From assembly GCF_009914755.1 (NCBI RefSeq), contig NC_060927.1: DNA of 64,000 nt. One strand, given 5' to 3'. The notes under the pieces are model-generated. The model was not told the origin of the DNA and did no database searches. It was given only the letters and a program-made list of their open reading frames with translations. Shown here piece by piece: positions 29,769-44,754 of this stretch. Position numbers and translations under genes: made by a program. Position 1 is the first letter of the stretch, and the number at the start of each line of letters is the position of its first letter. This stretch comes from the human T2T-CHM13v2.0 reference genome, Homo sapiens.

Positions 29769-30819
29769 TGATCAGCATTCTTATAAAACATCAAGATATA
29801 TCTAATATTTTTAAAACTGTATGATTAAAGGAAGCCAGGTGAAGGGTGTTTCTGTACTCTTTGCAACTTTTCTAGAAATGTAGAGTTATTTCAAAATAAA
29901 AAGTTTAAAAAAATCATTATAAAGTTAGAAACATCAGCCAAGCATGCCTTATATTTAAAGTTATACATTTATTTACATATGCATGTAATTGGCATTTATT
30001 ATTTCCTATTCTTAAGCCTGTTCTAGAGAAAATAATTTCAGGTTGGTTCACCAAATACAAATAGTAAGGTAAAGGTACTCTGTTGAATCTCATGAAAGAT
30101 AGCATAGGCCTAATCAAATTAAGAGGCTTTAATTTCTAAAATGAATTGTCAATTGAAAGACCCAATGTGGTATTAAATAATTAGGAAGTGGATTTCTTGA
30201 AAAATAATTCATTTTCACCTTTGTATATGATTGGTGTTGTGGACAACTGGATTTTTTTTTTTTGTAATTGTACCCTTTAGATAGTTAAAATTCTAAAAAG
30301 GAAAGGTTTAAACACTTGAAAATGTGAAGAAGAAAAAATATGGGTGATTCTATCCAGTTTGGCTTTTCATTTATTGGTAATAAAAATCTACAATGTGTTA
30401 CAAAGAAATTCTCTCAAAGAGCAGTGTGAAACCATTTCTTCTACCTTGACATTTAAAAACTAAACCCCCAAATTATCAAAATAAGCAGCTGATCTTTATA
30501 AGCTCGAAAATGTAAGTATCAGGTTATAGATGCAGTTTGTTATTTTGGATGCTATAATACAAATTAATTTTTAATCTACATTTCAATATACATTTGGTGC
30601 TAAGTCCATCTTCTCATCAACCTGTGATTTTCTTTACATGACAAAATAGTTCATCTACTCTGAATGGAAGTTAAAATTTTTCCTTAAATATTATCAGTAT
30701 TAAAGATTATGCCACAGAAACTTTGTAATACAATCTTTAATGATACGCTGATTTAAGATAAAATATTTTTACCTGAAATTGCTTTATCATATGTCATAAA
30801 ATTTTTGTAAATGATTTTA

Positions 30820-31154
<335 letters not shown>

Positions 31155-34100
31155 GATTTATTTGTCAAATAAAAGGTTGAGAAACATTGATCTGCATTAA
31201 AGGCCTGACCACTGAAATTGTACTGATTGATGTCCGATTGGATCTGGATTCAGATTGGCCAGCCTGGAAAAGACATACCGTCATCAGAGTGTGGGAACAC
31301 GATGTGTCATATGATGGGTCCCTTTAACTGAAGTACACAGCGTTGCTGCTCATTTTAAAAGGCTAACAAGTTTCCCCTCTCAATCCATGTTGTTGCTTTG
31401 GTTGTAAAAGTGGGCACATGGGCACATGTATTGCTCATCCTGCCATCATTATAATAAAAGATCAGAATGTCCAAAACATACTGGGCAGACAAAAAAAAAA
31501 TATGGTAAGTATCCATTACATATGATAAGGGTTTTTTGGCTACAGATTAAATGAAGAGAGACACCAAGAGAGGGAAGGAGGCAGAGTATTATGATAGCAA
31601 GAGCTGAAAGAAAAATAGATGATCAATGAAGATGTATATTTGCATGTTGTAGAAATTGATTGGTTTTAAGGAATAAACATCCATTTAAGTAAATCCACTG
31701 TAAGTAAAATATTGTTTATAGTTAAAATACTCAGGGAACACGTTAGTTCATTCCAATTTTAGTAAGTACAGCCGCCATCATGGAAAATGAACATGCTTCT
31801 CTTTCTGTATTATGTCTACTCTGTTTTCTTAACACCAGTGTCTCCTGCCATGTTGCTCATCATGAATGCCCCGAAAGAGTGGCCTCAGGCACAAAATGAT
31901 AGGACCTTTGAGACTCAGAGCTCTCAGCTAATTGACAGCATTTCAGTGCTTCAATTCAAAGTCCCCAGGACAGAAAATATAATTGGTCTACCTTGAGTTA
32001 GTGTCCCAACCAAATTTTCCAGAGATTGGAAAGCATGTGACACATAGTTTCCCCATCTTGCCTGTGAACAAGGCAGGTCTCTAAGAAGTGGGTATAAGTC
32101 AAGAGGAAATGAACGAAATATCTTGCTCAGTACATAAGACAGAAGACTTGTTTGAAAAGGAGTTAATTGCTGCCCCAAGCCTTGGGGGATTAAAAAAAGG
32201 AGCATAAAATGTTCCAAAAAAAAAAAAAGTTGGTAAGTGTATAATAGAAAAGGAAGGTTAAATTAGTTTATAACATGAACTACTTTTGCACTGGGCAGCT
32301 TTATTGCCCCAATAAAATTTATAGATGATTCCCACCCAACAGGAACGAGGGACTTTAGGAGGTGAGGTGAAGTAGATGACTGGAACTTTAAGTATATAAC
32401 CAAAAATTTCCATAAGGTGTATAGACTCCTATACATTGGTATAGACCATCTTGGCCAAAATCTGTTTCCCTTAAGAGCCAGTTGCCATCATGATAAAGCC
32501 TGTTTAGGCTGATGCCTAATCAATCTGGTGATTTCCATGAAGTTCCACTCAGTTCAGCTAGCTTGGTAACCACTGATGTTCAAGTGTCTTAGTTTTCCCA
32601 CACCCACGTAGTGGAGTTTGGTTTGTCTTGAGCTGTTCTTGCATAGCACAGATGAGTGGTAGCGGGGCATTTACAAGGAGGAGCACCACCAGGTGTAGGT
32701 GTACTGAATGACAGTGGTAACATCAGAAGCTCTTAATGGTTTCCAGTCATCAGTACATGTATGTCACTTTGCCTAAAGGAGCAAGGCCTGGTTGACAGAA
32801 TGTTCTAAAATGTTTGGATAACCAGATGCCTATGCAGGAATGTGTTCTCTGGGGATTTGGACATAAGCTCTTTAAGTTTGGTGATCATGGTGATGTGGGT
32901 CCACCTTACTGGTGAGCCAGACGACTATTCAGTAATTAGACTTTTGTAAAGTAACTTGCTTAGCTGTAGTAGATTCATAATTGAGCATCTTGTTGGCGGT
33001 GTTTCTTGGTTTGTATGTTGGGGAGTTGTGCTGGGTCTTGGAGCTGTAGCAGATTGTCTTCTCTACTTTGCCTCTCTGTATTAGAGGATTTGGGATGGGG
33101 GCCAGGGGTGCTGGTCTTAGGTTCAAAGAAAATGCTATATTTTTTCATCAGTTAAAATGCCAAATGAAGCTGAACAACTCTCAGAAATGGTCAGTAAGGC
33201 CACTTTATCCTAGATGGAGCCAGTTAGCCCTTCCTTAAAACTGATTACAAAAAGTGACCTTTTTTTCTAGTCCAGGTCTTGGCCAAGGAAACAGAAGTGG
33301 TGGTATATTAGCAATTTGCCTTCCTCCTTTCTTCCTTCTCTTCCTTCATTGAGTACTTATATATACTAGGCACTGTTTTAGTGTTAGGATGCAGTGGTGA
33401 CCACAGCAAACAAAATCCTTGCCTTTGGAGTGTACATTCTATTGCAGGGATAAAGACAGTAAACGTGTAAACAGTAAATAAAGCCAAGAACTCATAAGTT
33501 TTATGAAGACATTAAACTACATAATAGGGCAGAGAGTAATGAGAAGGGGCCAGGGTCGAGGGAGAGGAAGAGGCCATTTGAAGAAAGGAAGGCCAAGGGA
33601 GAATAGTACAAGATGAGGTCAGGGAGGTGGTTAGCAGACTGAGCTATTAAAGGCCATGGGAGAGGAGTTTAGACTTTGTTCAAAATGCATTTAAACAGGA
33701 AAGCAATTCACTCTGATTTGTATTACTCTGGTAGTGCTGCTTGCAGAATGACTGGAGTTTGGAGAGGCAAGAGTGGAAGCAGGGAGACCAGTTAGAAGTC
33801 CATGACAGTACTTCAGGTGAGAGAAGATGATGGTTAGGATCGTGATTCTAACAGTGGAAATTAAAAGTGGTCAAAATTAAGAGATATTTTTGAGATAGGG
33901 TTGACAGGTCTTACTGAATGAGTTTATATCCTGGGTCTGGGCTGCACATGTGGCAGTTGGCCATTCCACTTTTATGAACTTGCAAACAAGTTCATAGCAA
34001 GACATCTGTAAAAAGTTCTGTTTCACAATAATGTACTCCAGTTGTGCATCTACTGGGTCATCGGGTTCTTTGTCTATATAATGGGTAATTAATAACAAAC

Positions 34101-36221
34101 TCTTGTTGGGCCTCATCTGCAAAATACAGGGATTCCTGCAGTCCCACATGTAGGATGTCCGCTGAATGAAGAACTTTGGAAGTGTCTCAGGTTCTCATTA
34201 TACCCTTCAGGGCACTTGAGGCTGAATGGCGGTCAAAGGTTGGTGAAGCAGGGTGGGTTGCTGTCCTGACCCTAGAGTTGGACCTGTCAGCTCAGCCTCA
34301 CATACCACATATATGACCAGGAAATAAAAAACAAATAATGAACAACCTTGCTGGCTCTCTTACAGCAGATGAGTCTATTTATTCTCAACCCTCCCACTCT
34401 CAAATTCCTGACTCTGTGGTCAACCTCTGTACCCCTTCTGGTCTTTTGGTTTGGACTCCCCTTTGGATTCTTGAAGTTGAACCTTGCTCTCAGTTCTGCT
34501 TTCCCATCTGATCTCAGTATCATCTTCCCCAACTCCAGCCACCCCTGCAACACATGCATACACACACACCTTTCATAATATTGAATGAAAAATTTCCTGC
34601 CGAAATTATGGCCACAGAACCCCACTAGAGGTGGTAATTCAGGCTTGTGTCCTATGGGTGATTTTGCTTAGTTAGGTGGTACTATTGAGCCCACAGGATC
34701 ATAACTTTTTACCTGCATTTGTCTTACAGACAGATGAGTACTTCATGCACTCTTCCAATTGGCAAGCTTAGTGCAAAAATGAACTAATAACGTTAGATGT
34801 GATAAGTTTATAGTCTTGCTTGGTTAAATAGAGGGCATCAGTGGGGTCAAGAAATAGGATTCCAAAGCCATATCCAGGGCAGGAGCTAAGCAATGGGTTC
34901 TGTCAAGGGACACGTGAGGACTGTGAAGGATCAGCTCAAAGTAATCTGCATTTTCTTCTTACAGATATTTCCACTGGGCTTTTGCCCCATTTCTCTACCC
35001 AAGTTTAGTTTTGGGGTGTGCTTCACAGAATCTGACCGTTTATCCATTAAGAAAATATTATTGAATTTATATTTTATGCTGTGCACTGGCTATGTGGTGG
35101 GGATATGAGGATGAGTAAATTGTGATGGCTTTCTGACTCATCTGCGTCTGCTTCCCTGATTCATCACACTGCCACCTGAATCCCATCATCCCCCTTCCTG
35201 AAAAACTATAACAGTGTTATAAATGCTTAATACTAAAAAGACAAGACTTTGCAAATAAGTGGAAATTACTTCAAAATGTTTCTTCTTTTCAGTGCATTTT
35301 TGCTTTTCTATTTATATGTTTCCTCTAAATCAAATCCTACGTTTTACTCTTCTGTTAAGTTTCTTTAAATTGCTTTGTCTTGCCCTGATATTTGTGTTCT
35401 TCCACATTTAGAGCCTTCTGCATCTTCTATTTGCCTCTTGTTGATTTAATCTCACAGGTCATTTTTTAAGTCAGGCTTTATGCTTAGCCTTATGGCATGT
35501 TTTGTATGTAATTCTATTTCTGGATATGATGCCATTTGTGAACATGCTTTTAATTATGTCCTAGTCAGTTATATTATTGAACAAGCTCATTGTTTTAAGT
35601 ATACTTACAAAGTTTGACAACAAACTTATAGCCTGAAGTTCAGAGAGAGGTAGCACTTAACATTATTCATTGGTTTTTAAGAGTCACCTGTAAATTTTAC
35701 TCCATTAACTTTATCTGTTATGACTTTTTTTATAGCTATTTTATGTGTCACAGTTTATTAGTTTTCAAACTTTTTGAAAAACAAAATTGGAGTTTAACAG
35801 AAATCCACCTTTTTGTTCATCCTATCCAGGTTACTATAACAACTTCAGTGTTGTATAGATTTTCCCTCCCTCCTTCCCCTTCTAACTACCCTTCCTTTCC
35901 CTTCCTTCTCTTTCCTTCTTTTATTTCCTAATTTGAGAGTTCCTTCCCTAGAAGTTGAGAAATCTGGAATTGTAGCAGGGATTTAGGAACTGACTACCCC
36001 AGCTCCTTTAGCCTTAATATAGACATAGTATATGACAAAAGAGCTTTGATCTTACAGAAACCTGGACTCAAATCACAGTTCTACTTTCTGAGTATGTAAC
36101 ATGCGTAAATTTTTTTCTTCTGTAAGCCTCAGTTTCCTCATCTGTGAAATAGAGATAACACTTCAATGTTGACATAAGAATTAAATTAGATGATGCATTT
36201 AAATACTCAGCACAATCCTAG

Positions 36222-36948
36222 TAATATGGTTTGGCTTTGTGTCCCAACCAAATCTCACTTCGAATTGTAATCCCCAAGTGTTGAGGGAGGGACCTGCTGG
36301 GAGGTAATTGGATCATGGGGGCAGTTTCCCCCATGCCGTTCTCGCGATAGTATGTCCTCACAAGATCTGATGGTTTTATAAGGGGCTCTTCCTGCTTTGC
36401 TTCCTCTGTTTCCTGCTGCCATGTAAGATGTGCCTGTTTCCCCTTCCACCATGATTGTAAGTGTCCTGAGGCTTTCTCAACCATGCAGAACTGTGAGTCA
36501 GTTAAACCTCTGTGTTAGTCCATTTTCACGCTGCTGATAAAAACATATCCAAGACGGGGCAATTTACAAAAGAAAGAGGTTTAATTGGACTTACAGTCCA
36601 CATGGCTGGGGAGGCCTCACAATCATGGCAGAAGGCAAGGAGGAGCAAGTCACATCTTTCGTGGATGGTGCCAGGCACCACCACGAGAGTTTGTGCAGAG
36701 AAACTCCCATTTTTAAAACCATCAGATCTCATGAGACCCATTCACTGTCACGAGAACAGGACAGGAAAGACCTGCCCCCATGATTCAATCATCTTCCACC
36801 ATCTCCCTCCCGCAACATGTGGGAATTATGGGAGCTACAATATGAGATTTGGGTGGGGACACAAGGCCAAACCATATCAACCTCTTTCCTTTATAAATTA
36901 CCCAGTCTCAGGTATTTCTTTATAGCAGTGTGAAAATGGACTAATACA
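36222..36948 (+). mobile_element. MaLR solo LTR (MSTA/THE1D-like), split by a nested LTR and itself inside a MIR
   Basis: Starts TAATATGGTTTGGC, ends GGACTAATACA; 5-bp TSD CCTAG at 36217-36221 and 36949-36953. Confidence 0.9.
36511..36879 (-). mobile_element. THE1-family solo LTR nested in opposite orientation
   Basis: TGTGTTAGTCC...CCAAACCATATCA; 5-bp TSD ACCTC at 36506-36510 and 36880-36884. Confidence 0.9.
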
Positions 36949-37068
36949 CCTAGCATGTATAAGTACTTTAAAATGATGATGTAATAATATTAATCTTCTC
37001 TTTGAAAGCCCAGTACAAGAAGGGTCAGCATAGCAGCACACCTCCGTCTCTAACCCAGTCCTGCTCAC

Positions 37069-37222
37069 TTTGTCTCTCTCTCTCTCCCCCTTTCCCTTTC
37101 TCTCTCTCTCTCTCTCTCCCCGCCCTCTTTCCCTCTCTCCCTTCCTCTCTCCCTCTCTCCCTCTCTCCCTCTCTCTCTCGCTCTCTCTGTCTCTCTCTCT
37201 CCCTCTCTCTCACACACACATA
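37069..37222. repeat. CT-rich polypyrimidine tract followed by short (CA)n
   Basis: Read directly. Confidence 0.95.
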
Positions 37223-38910
37223 CTCTTCCCTACCTAAGGAATACAAGCCCAAGATTAGAGGATGCATGCCAAGTTCCCTCCTCCTTGCTGTTTATCTGTT
37301 GATGAAGGTAGCATGAATTTCTGCAGAGAGTAGTCTTACACCTAATGTATAACCGTTCCTTTGACCCTGCCAGTGGAGGCATACAGACGGATTGTCTTAC
37401 TTGGAACTCACCAGTAAACTTTTTGGCAAATGATGCATCTCCAGATGTATGGTTATTAAGATGTACTCTTAGATGTTCTAAAGGCTTAGGATGTGACCAT
37501 GGGATAAAGTGACTGAGACAGGGTAGAGAACAAGATCAGCATGATTAATGTTGTGGGAAAAAAAGATCAAGAAACTAAGGACAGAATATCAGATGAATTA
37601 TTTGTTTGGATGCTAAAATCAGTAAGACTTATGACAGAAATAGTGTTGGAGTGACAGCCAGGAACTAAAATCAAGGAATGAAAGGGAATGACTTTGGGGA
37701 GCCATAAATGACTGCAATAAGGAACGATAGTAGGCAGTAGAGTCTGATGGTATGTAACTCAGAGCAGAGGATTTTTGGAGAGCACACAGGGAGAATGATC
37801 TGGAAGCAGCGGTGAGGAACAAGAAAGGCAGTTACCAGGACTCATATTTTGAGGAGTATGGAAGAGAAAAAGAGTCATCATCTAAAAGGGATACAGGGAA
37901 AGCAGCGTTCTCAGGGGAGAGTTCAGTTTCCATTTAAATATGAAGGTAAAGGAAGTTGAAGAAAGCTGTAGAGGTCAAGAATATGAGGATTTTGCTGATA
38001 ACTGCTCATGAGTCCCACAGGGCTCAGCGGAAGGGTTAAGTTTTCAGGAGGTAGAAGGGGTAGAGGCTTAGATTTCATCATCAGTCACCATCATCTCTCC
38101 CTTGCATACATCCTCAATTCCTCTGACCCTCTTTCACTTCAGCAACCTTGCCTGGCTAACCCACAGAGCCAGTTAAATCCAGTTCTTTGCCTATTCTATG
38201 CCTGTAAAACCATGCTGCTGAACTTGACATATTAATTATCATATCCTCAAGTGGACCCTTAATGTTACCTGGCTATTATACTAGATTTCTCCAGCCATTT
38301 TCTGTCAGTTTCATCTCCTATTTGATGACTATTTCTTCAGTCTCCTTCATGTTGGATACCTCCTCCCCACTCTTCACTCTCAACTGATGGCTTGCTTCCT
38401 ATTTCACCAAGAAACTGAGTCAGGAAGGAGCTTTATCACCACAGCTACCCACTACCCGCAGTAGTATCCATATACTCTGCTTTCTTTCCTGTTAGTGTGA
38501 AAGAACTACCCTAAGTGCTTTATAATTCTTTCTGTTGTGTCATCAGCTTTCCTTTCTTCTGAACCATTCTCTTGTGCATGAACATATGCTTTTATTTCTT
38601 CCATGTTAAAAACAATCCTTCTTGACTCCACTTTCCACTCTAACTTTTGCCTTATTTAATGTAAACATCGTAGTAAAACTTATTTAAAGAGTTATTTATG
38701 TTCTGTTGCTTATTTTTCACTTCCCATTCTTTTTTTAACTAAAGCCAGTCAGACTTCTTCCCCCATAATTCCAATAAAACTGCTCTTTTCGGTTATCAGT
38801 GATGTCCACATCTGTCATTTCTCAACACCTATCTGACTTAACATTCAGGAACAGAGTTGATCGTTCACTTTATCCTCCTTGAAACACCTTCACTGGGCTT
38901 CTGAGATACT

Positions 38911-39438
38911 TGTCAAGAACTCTGAAGGATCTAAGAGTTTACTGTATTTGTATACTAACAAGTTAGTATGCAACAGTTTGATGTATAATGGTAGAAGACA
39001 CAAGACTTCTGGATCAGAGACAGAAGACAGTTTATTACTTATAGCAGTAACATAACCAGAGTATCAGTATTTTTGTGCTGGTTTCCTGATCCCAAGTTCT
39101 CCTAGGGCAATATGAAGAGGCCAGATGACACCTGCACACACAGTAAGGCTGTGTTATTGGAAAGGAAACTTGATCTTAGGTGGAACCCAAATCTTTTATA
39201 ATGGGCCATAAGCATGCTTGCTCTTTGTTTCAGAGGGAAACATTATCTTTATTATGCTGGACAGTAACCCATTGCTCTGGAGGGAGACACTACCAAGTCT
39301 TCCAAGGCTATTCAGTATAAAAAACATCCTTGAAAAGATAGTCTAGAACTGTCATGTGTCACATCACCGACTATCAAGATAGTGCCTCACTTACAATATT
39401 TGCAGAAACATAAGAGACCTATGGAGAATTGACTCACA
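38911..39438 (-). mobile_element. LTR40-like ERVL solo LTR
   Basis: tgtcaagaactctgaagg...taacaagttag and gagacctatggagaattgactcaca ends resemble the recalled LTR40 consensus. Confidence 0.65.
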
Positions 39439-39511
39439 GTAATTCTTCCCTCTCTGGCCATTTTTTGTCAGTCTCCTTTGCTGGTTCTTCTTCAATTCGC
39501 CATACTCTAGA

Positions 39512-39668
39512 TCTACACTGTCTAGTACTGTAGCCACTAGCTGCATGTAGTTATTTCAATTGGCTGTATTTCAAGTGCTCAATAGCCACATGTAGGAAGT
39601 GGCTGCTATTGCATGGTGCAGATATAAAAATATTTCATCATCACAGAAAGTTCCATTGGACAGTGCCA
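39512..39668. mobile_element. MER3-like hAT DNA transposon
   Basis: cactgtctag...gtagccactag...cagaaagttccattggacagtg. Confidence 0.7.
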
Positions 39669-42600
39669 CTCTGCATGTTTGAAGTGCCCCATGGCTCAGC
39701 CTTTGGATATCTCCTTTTTACTTCTGTATTCCATCCCTTGGTGATCTCATCTAGTTTCATGACTTTAAAAAAAGACTCCCAAATTTCTATCAACCCGGAT
39801 CTGTCCCCTAAACTCCAGGCTCAGTTCTCTAGCAGCCCTCTGGACACATGTACCTGAATGTCTTAATAGGCATCTTAAAGTTAACATGTCCAAAACTGAA
39901 CTACCTGAACTACCGATTCTCCTTGCAACCACTACTTCCTCTCCCACAAACAAATCTTTTCTTTCTGCAGTCTTTCCAGTCTCAATTAATGTGAGTTCTC
40001 ATCTTCAGTTGTTCAAGGATTAAAAAAAAAAAAAAACAGTTTTTTTAAACTCTTAGATTTATTATTGACCTCTCTGTTTTCTATAAAACCCACTCATGTA
40101 TCCCATTGGCTCTACTTTCAAAATATATCCAGAATCTGACCACTTTGCTCCTGCTACCACCTAGTCCAAGCCAGCATCATCTTTTGCCTGGATTATTCTA
40201 ATAGCCCTCCTTCTGGTCTCTCTCTTCTACTCTTGTCCCCTGTAGTCTGTTCTCATCCTAACAGCCAGAATGATTTTGTGAAGAAGAACATCAGGTCATG
40301 TCATTTCTCTGCTTAAAACTCCTCAGTAGCTTTCCATCTCACTTAGGTAAGAGCAAAGTCTAGTCACACTGGCATTCTCACTCTTGCTAAAACATTCAAG
40401 CCATGCTCCCACCTCAGAACCTTTATATCTGGTGTTCCTTTTGCTTCCTTTTCCCCTAACCCACCCACTGAAGACACCAGTCCAGTTGTCTTATAGAATG
40501 ATCCATACTATGAATTTCTCTGCTTCCTCATGGTATTAATTTATTTCTCTATAGCCTGTATTTTCTGGAATTGGACATTAGATCTAAAGGATTGATTAGA
40601 TTAATTAAATATTTTTGGTGAGGAAATTCCATCAATGATGCTACAGTCTTGACATTGAATCATTTTGGGAGGCACCTATTGATTATCTCACCATTAGTGA
40701 CGCCAAGTTTGTCTAACGTGTTGAGATGGGAATGTTCGTATCTCTCCATTATATATTTACATTTTTCCCTTCGTGGTTAACAAAAAAGCTGAAGGGTGAA
40801 TGCTATTTTTTTTTAACGCTGTTATTTTAAGAACACTTTTTAGCTGTGGAAATGCTTTTTCAAATAAAACGTTTTTTGGAGATCCAGTATCTAAAACAGA
40901 TAAAAGCAGAGCTGTTCTGTTGCAGTAGGAAATGCAGCTTCCAAGGGAACTTTGACAAGCACAGTTTTTAACCCACAAGGCCCACCCAAACACTTGAGAA
41001 GGTGGAGACCCAGAGGACACATGAAGTCTTAAAGCCACCTAGCATCTCGTGAGAAAGGCTCAGTACACCTTCTATTAGAGCATAGTTTGGGAGCTCTGCC
41101 ACTTCCTTGGAAAGCTGTGGTTGTGAATGATCATTAGAATGAGACTTGGTTTTTCCCTGGCAGTCCACCCGCTGTTTTTAGTTGTCTCAGTGCTTTCTTG
41201 ACATTCTATCTATCTGTTCTGCAGATGTGAAGATTTGAAATTACTTCATTTATAGTGTGTGTTGGGTTGCAGTCCTTTTTTTTTGCCTTTTGGAAATTCT
41301 TCTTCATCCACAAAGAATTCCAGATTCAGACATTATTCATCTATGTCTGGAACACAAAAAAATCTCCTGAGCTTCCATATGTCTTACCTTCTTTCTGCCT
41401 TTAAAATAGTCAGAATGCTGCCACAGCTGAAGTCAGTTTTCTCATTTGCTTGTTGCTTGCTTCCTTTCTGTACCTTACTTACCATACAGCCTAACTTGCC
41501 TTACTAGAGAGTTAAATGAGTAAATTTACTGTGCTCATACAATATCTATAAGTTGTATACTATAGATTTTTATTTTCAGGGAAAGAAGTTTCTCTATATT
41601 AAGTGGAAAAAAACAGGCAATAAACTATAATCTTACTTTTGTTTAAAAAGTTATATGCACAAAAATCTCCATGACTGTTTATGTGTATATGTATATTTAA
41701 AGCCCAAAAGGATATTTACAAAAATGTTCACATTGATACTACCTCTAGCTGTGATCTTTGCTTTCCTCTTTGTAATTTCTCTGGTATCACTCTCACTTTT
41801 GTTTGTAGTGTGTCTTATTTCTACAGTCATTACTTTTATAAAGATTAAAACTATTGTTTAAAAAGACAAAACAGTAACTTTGGTTTGTCAAATCCAAACT
41901 GCCTTGAAGGCGGGTCCGGGCACCACCCCAGCTTACTGCCATCCGTACCATTCTTTGGGATTCTTATCTTATCCCAAATGAGCAGCTTTTCCCTGATCTC
42001 ATGATTCCATTCTTTTACAATAGGTTCTTGGCCGTCCTCTAGAATCCACTAGGCGCTGAAGACCTTCTCTGCTCACTTGTATCAAAATGAACTTGTCAGG
42101 GAAGGGAAGGAGGATGTAAAAATGAAGTTCTAAAAGGAATTGTCACTAGAATGTGATCTCCATCAGGACCCAGGAGGAGCTCAATAAATACCTCTTAAAT
42201 GAATTGGCCTATTATTTTTTGTCTCATTTATTTTATCTCACAAATTCCTACAAACAAGCCGTGTTTGTTTTCTGTAATGCCCTGAACATTTGGAGTACTT
42301 AATATAAATTAATGAATAAAGTCCTTTTAAAAATAAATCCGTACTTAATAAAAATAAATTTCAGATTTCTTGTTATCTTTAACCAGAATTTGTGCTTGTA
42401 CAGGAATTTAGAAAGGGACAGGACTTAAAGATAAAAGTCTTACGTTAGATCCCGCTCACAGTTTTGTGATCATGATTAGTCAACTTAAGCCCCTGAGCTG
42501 CCTTCATTTATAGCCTCACGGATTCTCTTCTAGACTCTTCTGAGGCCTTCTACCTGGCCTACCTAGCTTCATCTTGTGTCCTCAAGTCTGCCCTCCACAA

Positions 42601-44754
42601 TGCTACAAAGAGTAATATCCCACAATGCACATTTGATCTTGTCTCCTCTCGCAGCCACAATTTGTAACCTCTCGGGGGCTTTCTGATGCTGTGTTGCCTT
42701 TGCCCCACTCCTTCAGCTTTGGCTCCTGGAAGCCTGTCTTCAAACTTGAGACTCAAATAATACCAAGTTCCTGCTAGCTCCCACACATCCCATGCTGCTT
42801 TCTGCTTTGCTCCCTCTTACAGGACGTTTTCCCTTCAGCCAACTACACTACTCTATTCCAGGACTGGGTTTGGCAGATCCCCTCTCTGGTGTGTCGTCTT
42901 TTGCGTAAAGGTTATGTATCCACTTTCCTGCCCGCTCAGACTGTGAGCTGCTTGAGGCAAAACCATAGAGTTCATAGTTCTTTATGTTGAAGGGTACCTG
43001 GCCTGTAGTGGGACTCAAATGTTTATTAAACTGTGTTGTAAAATACATGTGTTCTTCTGAATTGTCTAAATGATTTTTACCCATAGAATGTTACCTGATT
43101 TTTATATGTTCTCCTCCAAAATAAAAAAATACTTAGAAAAGGAAATTGTGTGAATTAAAGTAACTTAAAATATAGCTAGACAGAGGCAAAAACTATTGGT
43201 GATATTTTGGAGTATATAATAAAGAATTTTTTAAAATTAGAAAATGGTAAAAGTTTAACCCCAAATATTCCTTTTGGAGATAGTTCTCAGAGAAAGCAGT
43301 AGCTTTGCAGATTACATGCATTAAATATTAATAGCCTATTCATCATACTTCCCATATCAAATAATACAAAATAGTTCTCTGGTAAAATGTAGCCCTTTCT
43401 TAATTCAAACCAAGAAAAAACAAATTTTGCTTTTCTCATGTTCCCTAGACCCCAGAGCCATTTTTCATCCTGTTTTTCCTGAAGAAAAGATAAAATCCCT
43501 GTGAGGGAAGTGACTTGACCAAGTTACCCAGCTAGTCAGTGCAGAAGCTGACTGCCCACCTGGTGCTTTTTCCCCTCAGCCACACATTTCCTGTTTCTCC
43601 ACTGCGGTAAAAATAAAAGTTAGTTTTTAAGCGCTTCCTAATTCCCATGTGTTCAAATCAGGTCCACTGCTGAATGTTTTTATATTACCCTTAGCCTCAT
43701 TCAGACATTAGCCCTAAACCTAAAGCATTAATTTTTCTGTCATACCCATGTATACACTTTCTTTGAGCATCAGAAAATCTTTTCTATAAGAGATGTTGTA
43801 TTTTCTCAACTATATTAATTTTATTTATTTTATTTTTTAAATTTCTCAACTATTTTTGAAGTGGACATGACAAATAAAATATTCCAGGTCTCCTTTTTTA
43901 TTCCACAAATAGGCCTTACTGTACACTTTTGGTATTCTTTTAAACTGTTCTGTTGGAAGCAGTTTCCACACTGAGTCATCCACCCAAGATTGCCTATGTT
44001 TTCCAGGCAAAGTAATAGTTTTATTATTTCTAAATGACTCATTACTTCTGAATCATTACACCTTGTGTTCTCTGTTAAATAAAAAGTTTTCAAGACAATT
44101 TTCTACAGTTTTTTTCTGCTCCTAGTCTTCAAGTGATCCACCTAAGTGGCATGGACATTCAATCAACTCTGTCTTTTCTTTATGATTGATGTTGATCATT
44201 TCTTCTTTAACCCTTTCATCAGCTGAGATAAGCAGTGGAATTTCTTTACCTCATACTCTGCTCCAGATGTTTCCTGAAGTGGAACAAATAAATAGCAACA
44301 TAGTATGTGTAACACCGTTCTATAATTTCCATCATTACATTAATGTTTAAGATTATATTAACTTCCCAAATTTCTCCATGAAATTAGGGAGAGACACCCC
44401 AAAAAATGTAGCTCTAATATCTGCAGGGAGATGAATTCAGCTTCAGGCATGGATTTCAGTACACATTCAGGAGAAAATATTCCCCATGTAGTTAAATATA
44501 CTTGGCAGTGAAGAGACCGGAGTTAAAGATAAATATTTGAGAGGAAGCGCCAGATAAAGATTTTAAGGCCACAAAAGTGGACAAGATTTGAGCATATATA
44601 AGATGAGAAACGGGGCAAAGCACAAAACTCTGAGGAAGACTGGCACATAGGGGACAAGAGGAGAGATGCAAGGAAGGAGACAGTGAATTTTCAAAGGGCA
44701 GGTGGAGAACCAGCCAAATATGTCCCAGGAGTCAAGTGAGGGAAGTGTTTCATT

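Larger units (their letters stand above)
38080..40450 (+). mobile_element. Fragmented L2 hosting LTR40 and MER3-like insertions
   Basis: tcaaaatatatccagaatctgaccact and catgtccaaaactgaact motifs. Confidence 0.7.

Noticed and set aside
36218-36925. ORFs of 65-137 aa over the nested LTRs
   Set aside because: Typical spurious MaLR LTR translations on both strands.
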